From the NCBI GenBank assembly GCA_025786725.1, contig JAHLTZ010000002.1:931841-995840 (forward strand): a stretch of DNA of 64,000 bases, given 5' to 3'. Made by a program: the position numbers and the translations under genes. The notes beneath the pieces are model-generated. The model did not search any database, had not been told where the DNA came from, and worked only from the letters and a program-made list of their open reading frames with translations. Below, in pieces: positions 55,966 through 64,000 of the stretch (within the stretch, counting starts at the first letter, position 1; each line of letters opens with the position of its first letter). The DNA is from Syncephalis fuscata S228. Its lineage: Eukaryota; Fungi; Zoopagomycota.

Positions 55966-57382
55966 TAACTTCAATAAGCATTTTAGCTTTATTAGTATTT
56001 ACATCTTTATCATACTAGATAAATTAATGATGTAAATATGACAATTAAATACCAGCAACATCTGATTTGTTTAACATAGAAAAAAGCAAGGCATGGCATA
56101 AAAGATGGTGCAGTAATCACAATATATTTTTTATTTCTATTTTAATTAAAAACGGCTTTTTTTGTAGCCATTGATACATTACGATTGATCACATTAGATA
56201 CAAACACAATTGAACTATTCGTTTTAGCAATAATAGACATATATGCAGTGCCTATATTCAAGTAAAATGATCTAATGAATAAATTCTAGTGTTTTTACGT
56301 TATTTATGATCAATAAATCAACAACATCAATACTCGAGTCCAATGCTTCATTATTGGAAATACCACTATGCAACAGCCGATAATTAATAGCAGGAATTAA
56401 TTGGTAGTAATAAGGCCTAGATTAATGACTGGTAGCACAGGGCTAAAAATGAGCAGGTAATTCTTGTAGTTTAAGCGCAATGTAAAGTGGAATGACCAAG
56501 TGAACCAATTAATATACTGCATGCTTTAACAATTGCAGCTAGTTTATGCACAACAATATAGAAATGTAAAAAAAGTACAAGCTCGATTTATTAATGTTAG
56601 CTTGTATCGGTGTTGCGCTGCTTGAAAGAGAAATAAAGTAACTTTTATTGACCAGCTATTAATAAAACTTGTAATCATCTGTGAGGCAAAGAAAATGCAG
56701 TTTGTTGTCAAGATAAAACTAATTGTATAAAAAATTATACTGAGGTTTGTTCAAAGGCAATGCGCTATTTTACAAGTTATGTGCAGTTTGAAAGGATTCA
56801 GGTATTAGGGTCTAGAACGTTTCGGTGAAATCAATAGCAAAAGCACAAAGATACATCGCCCTTGCTTCCGTAGAACCAACCAATAGACTCAGTTTGCGTC
56901 GCATGGTCAAATCATTCACGGCACAGTAACGACTAGTACAAGGATTGCTACCATAGATGTTCTAGACAATTGAGATTATCGCTTCATCTGAGCAAAAACC
57001 AAACAGGCTGAATTAAGGGCCTGACTGCACATTAGCGTGCCATTGGTACATTGATATACGCATGCTTCAAATCATCATGTGCATACGTTTAAAGACTATC
57101 ATTGCATGTATAGAATGCACATTGCAGTTATTTACCTATGTCTGTTAAATTGTCATATCAATGCATTTTATTGGTTTACACTGTATTCAATGGTATATTC
57201 TATAAAATACACCGCTGGTGCTTTAGAATAAATATTAATATAAATAGCTCATAAAATACACACAACTAACCAGCAGTATCATCATCACATTCTGCTTTCT
57301 GCCAAATACTCACTCTACCTACTTTATACTACTATACTCTATCGTTCATTCTACTTATTTGTCTTAACAAATCAATCTCACC

Positions 57383-58793
57383 ATGAAGCTTTCTATTGCC
57401 GTCGTCTGCAGCCTCGCCGTGGCCTTTGTAGCCAGTACAACTATGGTGGATGCTAAGCCAAACCAAGTTCGTCGTGGTATGTTGTAGTTGTAATAGATTT
57501 GATATGTTTACTAACACTATGTTCAACCAACGATGGTATTAGCCGGTAAGTTGCGATTATCGACTCATTGTTCCAGCACTTACCGTATGTCATCCAAATA
57601 ATGGACATGGCAAATATAAGGTAAGTGTTGATTGCACATAGCTATTGGCATAATAACTGATCGTTGTTTTTAATGTAAAATAATATAAAATATATTGCTG
57701 ATACTGATATTCTGTATCTATACTAATAGAAAGTAAGTCATTGTTATTAACTGACATGCGCTAAATATATACCATGCATTTGCATGTTCAATAACTTGTA
57801 TTAATAGCTCGTAAGTGGCATTGTATATTGATTGGCTATGCACTAAATATATATACGCGCACTTTATGGGTTTATAACTTATATTAATAGCTCGTAAGTG
57901 GCATTGTATATTAATTGACTATGCACTAAATACATACCATGCATTTTGTGTGTTTGATGACTTGTATTAATAGTTCGTGAGTTATTATATATTGATTGAC
58001 TATGCACTAAATACATATCACGCACTTTGTGTGTTTATAACTTGTATTAACAGCTAGTAAGTGCATTTTATATTAATTGACTATGCACTAAATATATACC
58101 ATGCACTTTTGTGTGTTTGATGACTTGTATTAATAGCTCGTAAGTGGCATTGTATATTGATTGACTATGCACTAAATACATATCACGCACTTTGTGTGTT
58201 TGATAACTTATATTAATAGCTGGTAAGTGGCACTATATATTGATTGACTATGCACTAAATATATATCACGCATTTTGTTTGTTTGATGACTTGTATTAAT
58301 AGGTCGTGAGTAGTATTATATATTGATTGACTATGCACTAAATACATATCACGCACTTTGTGTGTTTGATGACTTGTATTAATAGCTGGTAAGTGACATT
58401 GTATATTGATTGACTATGCACTAAATATATATCACGCACTTTGTGTGTTTATAACTTGTATTAACAGCTAGTAAGTGGCATTTTATATTGATTGACTATG
58501 CACTAAATACATATCACGCACTTTGTGTGTTTATAACTTGTATTAATAGCTCGTAAGTGGCACTATATGTTGATTGACTATGCACTAAATATATATCACA
58601 CACTTTGTGTGTTTGATGACTTGCATTAATAGCTGGTAAGTGACATTGTATATTGATTGACTATGCACTAAATACATATCACGCACTTTGTGTGTTTATA
58701 ACTTGTATTAACAGCTAGTAAGTAGTATTATATAATGCTAACTTATATGTTAACACATAATATTTTATATATTTATGCATGATTATAGACTAA
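57383..58793 (+). CDS. Small secreted peptide gene built from fourteen 3-nt microexons (predicted 46 aa: MKLSIAVVCSLAVAFVASTTMVDAKPNQVRRAETPLPTPGPATPAN)
   Basis: Exon 1 57383-57476 (signal peptide, phase-1 donor GTATGT). YAG|NNN|GTRAGT microexons at 57543, 57730, 57808, 57891, 57974, 58054, 58137, 58220, 58303, 58386, 58468, 58550, 58633, 58715. Last exon AC-TAA at 58789-58793. Confidence 0.75.
57733..58723 (+). repeat. Tandem array of 12 units of ~80-83 bp, each one intron plus a 3-nt exon
   Basis: Consensus GTAAGTGGCATTGTATATTGATTGACTATGCACTAAATAYATATCACGCACTTTGTGTGTTTGATGACTTGTATTAAYAG-NTN; microexon spacing 83,83,80,83,83,83,83,82,82,83,82. Confidence 0.97.
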
Positions 58794-59477
58794 CCGGTGC
58801 ATTCAAGACATTAGCATTGATAGTATAATTAAACTGCAAGTTACATATATTTTAGGTATATATTTGGCAAGAATCAAGATCATTTGACAACTACGCCATT
58901 CGGTCCATTCATCTACCAAGTCCCAGCCAATGCCCCCGTTTATTCAACCTTTAATCAATGGACACATTATATTATCAACAAGTCTGTATTTGTCTGCACA
59001 TACTCAGCTATGCAAACTTGTAGTAATAAACATATGGTTCCAGCTTAATTATGCTTCATTAAGCTCTTATAGCTATGTTTACATTCTATTCGCTTACAAA
59101 GACTAGCAAACATTAATTAATTAATATATCGACAATAGATTTATTCAAGTGCGTTATGCTAGTGAACAATGTAAACTAAAGTAACTGTAATGCTATTATC
59201 ATTCAAATAACAATTTAGTGTTTGATTATTTACAAATTTACTATAAGTACTAAAATTAAAATATCAATATTTATCAATATATCTTAGTTCATGAGAATGT
59301 AATTAAATTATTTAAAAATATATTTTCCTTATTTTTGTTTGTGCTATTAAACAAATAATGTATAAACAGACTAATAGTCAACATATTGCGTAAATAATGT
59401 TGTATTAAGTTATCAAATTCACGATATAGCTAGCAATATAGTTTATTAATTTAACAGTTCAGCTGCCATTTGTGCTA

Positions 59478-60063
59478 TTATTTTTGGTTTTCTTGTAGAT
59501 GTTTCTGAAATAACTCCAATAAATGTTTAATGCCATCTTTAGCTATAATTGTTGCTGCTTTGCAGCAGCTTTAGTGACAATAGGCACAACAAGCGTGCTG
59601 ACAACAGATCCTGCGGCAAAACCAACAGGGCCAGATAATGCAGTGATACCTGTTGTAACTCCCATGCCAGCTGCGGCACCTATTGTAGAGCTTGTCGCAG
59701 GCGAAGCTAGCTCACCCTTGAACTGAATGGTCTTTTCCTTGATTTTTTTACCAATGCGGCGAAATGTCTCGTAAGCCTTTCTTTTGAACGATGCCATGTC
59801 ATTGGCATTTGGGTCATGAAAAGTATTGGCAGTAGGTAGATGTGACTTGCTGCGCAGCTGACTAGACTCTTCTTCAGCTTTATGACCAATAGTCTTGAAC
59901 ATTTGATCCAACTCGTTTCCAATCGAGCTAACAGCATTGAATAGCTGGGGAATTGTTTGAATTTCAAAACCCTTTGTGAAATAGGAGTTGCTCCTATGAT
60001 GGCAATTGAAGAATGGATAACGAGCAAAACTGCCAGCAACAAAAGACAATTAAAGGGAAGCAT
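59478..60063 (-). CDS. Secreted protein with C-terminal glycine-zipper-like hydrophobic segment; apparent frameshifts at ~59974 and ~59560
   Basis: Signal peptide MLPFNCLLLLAVLLVIHSSIAIIGATP joins the 168-aa ORF; IGAAAGMGVTTGITALSGPVGFAAGSVVSTLVVP. Confidence 0.6.
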
Positions 60064-61205
60064 ATTAGAAGAATGATAGCAGAATAATTATAATTATAAT
60101 TATCTAATATTTGTTTGTCAAAAATATTGGAAATTATTATATCACAAGCCTAGTGTAAATGTTGTAAAAGAAGTTAAATAATAAAGAAAAATTGAATGGT
60201 GGAGTCGTCACAGTTAATTCAATAGGCAATAATTAAAGTAGAATATAATAATTGAACCCGAAGCAATTACAGGCATTAATTTATAGTCTTTCAGTTTCAT
60301 ATTCAATTTTCTATTTAGTTCCAATCCACTAATAACAAATTTCGGTAAAATGAATAGACGGTTTGAATATACAGCCATAAAATCAAATATTGGCCTATAG
60401 CGGCTATTATTTGATTAAAATGAAATAAAAACATGATATTATTCAATAATATATGCTGTACACTCTCATAGCTTGCCTTAGAGATGCCTTTTGCTGACCT
60501 TACTCGTTTCTTTAAAATCATAAAGCAAATATTAAGGCCTATAATAATCAAACAATCAACAGCAATCATGTGCTGTAATTCTCTATTTCATAACTCGACA
60601 CAAATATTTTATTATTGCAAATAAGCAATCAGTTGCGTTCATATAGCAATTAATTAGCCCATTATTATGTAGATAGAATACTGCGTTAAAGTTTTAGCCA
60701 TGTCTATTGACAAACGAATAATTGTAGGTTTAATTCCAACACATGCCAGGCGTAACATACCAACTATTTGCCATGAAATAAACCGGTGACCTAAGCCGTA
60801 TTGATACAGTCGTTTAATACTAATAGTACACTGCTTCATCTTTATTGTAACACAATCATTGAATAACCAAAATTGATCTATTATTAGTAGTGTTACAAGC
60901 AAAAATGTAGGTGTCATTAGCTATGCTTGTAATTTAGTCAATTATTGGACACGATTGACACTATATCGATGCAATTACCATTAGTATGCATTATATAGTC
61001 TACGCTGTAAACCATACTATTCTAATAATATTTAACAATAAAATCATTGTGCCATTATGAATGTTAATTAAGTGTGTTTATTCATGCATTAATTCGTTAA
61101 ACTTAAGACAGACACTATTACTACACATCTACTTGTGAACACTATACATTATCACCATTAACTAACAAACCACTGTTAATCTGTTTATTAAACACGAGTA
61201 AATAA

Positions 61206-62631
61206 TTATATTTCCAAATCATCATCTGGATCTTCTTCATCAAAGTCATCATCGGAATCGGGTGTATAATATATGGAGGTAACTGCTCCTGCTCCAGTAG
61301 TAACAGCAGCAGTATGTTCTATGATTAAACTGATTAGTATTTGATTCAAATACAATGATTATTAATACGAGTAAACCAATTACCTTGGGCTTTCAAATAA
61401 GGAAGTAGCAACTTGTCTTTTGCCTCCCGTTGCTCATCGGTTAACGTAAGATTAAATGGTAAATGAGCGGCTGGATTTGACTATAGAATACAATAAATAA
61501 CACCATTATAAATAGCCATCACTGTATTACCTCTTTTTGAGTAGCACTATTACTACTATTGTCACCATCATTGTTTGCACCAATAATTGACACTGAGGGT
61601 GGTTCGTAAGCTGTCACTTGATCTATATCTCCCTGCGGCTCAAAAGTAATATGTGTTGTCTGTACTTGGTGTTATAGTCAAATTTATAAAACCTATTAAA
61701 CACTCACCTCAGTAATTACTTTTCCATTAGACTTTCTATGCGTTAGTGTACATAACAGTGCATCCAATGAATTACTAGACGATGAAAATCGTGGTACATG
61801 TTCTACTAGAAAGGCATCTCCTGTAATACCTCGTGCCTCAGTCAATGAATGGTTAGCAATGGATAGTCGCGTAGTGGCTTCTCGTTCCAAATTGGCCAGA
61901 AATGGAGCCGTCATTAATCTACTTGATGCATTTGGCTGATTCATTTGTAAATAGACATCAACTGGCAGATCTACATGCACACCCATCACCAATTGTCCAT
62001 TCATTTCTATACAATTGTTAATAGACGTCATTAACACCATTCACTTACTTTCTAGCTGCTGGCTAATTTGTTTTAATGTTAAAATAAAACTGATGATGAT
62101 GATGTATTCAATAATAATTCGGTTGTATTTTCCAAAACAACCAAAATATCTATATTTTACAGTTAGATCAATAAACAGTCTATTTGCATGCTTACTTTGA
62201 GTTGCTGTCATGTCAACATGCTGTTTCAATTCTTTAATTAGAGAAACGGTATTTTTACTAGATGTAATTGAGCCAAATTCACGATAGACTTTAACAATCG
62301 ATATATTACTATCTAGTAGGTTAGCCATAGTATATGTATAGCCATACAGTCGTGCAATTACTCACGCCTTTTCACTGGCCGTTAATCGTGCAAGTACACA
62401 TGAATTGAGATCAGTTTGACAGAATAGCACTGGCTGTTGGCTATTGATAAAAGAATGAGTTGGCTGGTTAGTTATAGCGATTCAAGCTAGCTACTAGACT
62501 AGTTACCGTTGAATGGCTTGTTGAATCCAGGCCCGTAGAATAAGAACACCCGACTGTTCAAGCGTATCTTCCACAGTGACCCACGCACTACTTTCTTTAC
62601 CGTTTAACAAACGATCTAGCCACAGTGACAT
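61206..62631 (-). CDS. ELP5: Elongator complex subunit Elp5 (Iki1)
   Basis: MSLWLDRLLNGKE..TVEDTLEQSG, AAHLPFNLTLTDEQREAKDKLLLPYLKAQ, C-terminal IYYTPDSDDDFDEEDPDDDLEI*. Confidence 0.9.
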
Positions 62632-62708
62632 GATAGCAATAGTTGAAATAAGAATAAACAACAAGTTTATAGTAAAATAGTTAACTATTTAATTAACTAT
62701 TTTATTTA

Positions 62709-63340
62709 TTAATCAAATAAAAGACCACCGCCACCACCACCTTGACCAGGCCGATTAGATTTATTCGTATATCATTTAGCGTATCGAATTCTGGCATATT
62801 CACAATCTTGCGGGCTGCTTTAATATCTTCACTCATACGAATCAACTCTTCTACACGGGCTAGTTTCTTCGCATCATGTCGTAATACGTATTTGAAATCC
62901 TCAACTGTTACTTTACTTTTATTGCTTGATAGACGTGATGCTTGGTGACACTAAACAATGATAGTCAATGTAATATTCCCTGTTAGTATTCAGCACTTTA
63001 ATCTAGCTCTATCCTAGCTACCATGTCAGTAATGTAGTCCACTACCATTTCCTCTAGCACGTTAACCGTGTCCAGATCGGGATGCGGCACATCGCCAAAG
63101 CCAAACATCATAAGGCGTACTACATCCATTGATATAAAAATAAGGATGAATAGTTAGCCAGTTAATTAATAAAAATGGCCATTGGTTCGTTCAATACTTG
63201 CAGTCTTTGGTGAACACTCGTTTACGGTTGTATTGCCCTCGAGAACTAGTAACGTTACCACTGCCACCATTGGCATGGGTCGACATATTATTGCTATTAT
63301 TACCGTTGGCGCTATGGCGTCCTTCGTAATGCTGGGACAT
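62709..63340 (-). CDS. TAF13: TFIID subunit 13 (3 exons, first intron GC-AG)
   Basis: RKRVFTKD|LRLMMFGFGDVPHPDLDTVNVLEEMVVDYITDM|CHQA..KVTVEDFKYVLRHDAKKLARVEELIRMSEDIKAARK. Confidence 0.93.
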
Positions 63341-63551
63341 GATAACAATAGCACGAATGAGAAAGAAAACTATGACGCAAACTGACCCTTTTTATCGCCG
63401 AATTGCCCAGAGGTCGTCATCTTTTCCTTTTTATGACGACAATTAGATTTGTCTTTCGGTCTCGCCCTATCTTTACTTTTAATTGTTTTCGGTCTATCCG
63501 CCATATGCTTTGTAACCTGTCTAGTCTTTTAGTTTATAAATAGCATAATTG

Positions 63552-64000
63552 ATGTCGCCACTGTCGTCGCTGGCTACATGCCCGCCTTTTCTGCCGATAA
63601 AGCTATGGTCTTCACTCTTAGCGCACCAAAAGGTGAAGGCGTGCCAGTGCTGGCAACAACACTGCCAAACACTGCTCAATGCACCGGCTGAGCCGTTTTG
63701 GTCGGCTATTTTCGAATCGCCTGCATTTCTACGCTTTCTATCAACATTTGTGTCATCATTTCGCTTTGTATTGGCATTTGAAGAACAAGAAGAGACGATC
63801 GACGAAAATGAGGCACAGCCAGTTAAAAACACCTTGCTCACGATAGGACGCCAAGTATTATTAATTTTACTTAGATTGACTGAACCAACTGAATTGGCCG
63901 ATGAGCAATGTGCGCCGGATACGGCAATAGACTATTTGATGAAAACGAGCGTATTTGACGCGCCCGGTCTATTTGATATGGCTGGCACTTATGGCTTCTC
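63552..64000 (+). CDS. ASCC2/Cue3-like protein, 5' part (runs off window)
   Basis: Open frame from ATG 63552 to the window end; LLNAPAEPFWSAIFESPAFLRFLSTFV, RQVLLILLRL and VFDAPGLFDMAGTYG resemble the ASCC2 N-terminal region as recalled. Confidence 0.65.
   Translation, partial: MSPLSSLATCPPFLPIKLWSSLLAHQKVKACQCWQQHCQTLLNAPAEPFWSAIFESPAFLRFLSTFVSSFRFVLAFEEQEETIDENEAQPVKNTLLTIGRQVLLILLRLTEPTELADEQCAPDTAIDYLMKTSVFDAPGLFDMAGTYGF

Noticed and set aside
57733-58723. CRISPR array interpretation of the regular repeat
   Set aside because: Eukaryotic context, no cas genes, ~80-bp repeats with only 3-nt variable parts. Splice signals explain the pattern fully.
4521-59975. Pseudogenes or programmed frameshifting in SGT1 (~4522), phosphatase (~7204), MEMO1 (~8881), GT61 (~13971), carotenoid oxygenase (~17415) and the two secreted genes (~51850, ~52157, ~59560, ~59974)
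   Set aside because: Every case is repaired by adding one base to a short A/T run, including in conserved genes. This is the signature of long-read consensus error; short-read polishing would confirm it.

Overview
Gene-dense, AT-rich eukaryotic DNA with short (about 45-80 nt) GT-AG and occasional GC-AG introns. Gene content and architecture fit an early-diverging fungus, most plausibly a zoopagalean mycoparasite such as Syncephalis (inference, not a database match). Housekeeping genes recognised: GPI11/PIG-F (3' end), RPL29, SGT1, MEMO1, UDP-glucose dehydrogenase, alpha-COP, ERG10, CLASP/STU1, ATP20, COX14, VMA12, ATP19, RAD51C, ELP5, TAF13 and ASCC2/CUE3 (5' end). There is also a probable FANCF homologue. 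Accessory or secreted genes: two histidine acid phosphatases, a GT61 glycosyltransferase, a carotenoid oxygenase, a P450 flanked by a 2.87-kb direct duplication carrying a secreted protein gene, a GH16 glucanase, two glycine-rich secreted proteins and an aldo-keto reductase pseudogene. The standout is 57383-58793. What looks like an ~83-bp non-coding minisatellite reads as a run of tandemly duplicated spliceosomal introns separated by 3-nt microexons (14 in total, 12 inside the repeat). These sit behind a signal-peptide exon and spell a Pro/Thr-rich peptide one codon per exon. Several apparent frameshifts are single-base losses in homopolymer runs and are most likely assembly errors. All gene models were read by eye and need RNA-seq or HMM confirmation.
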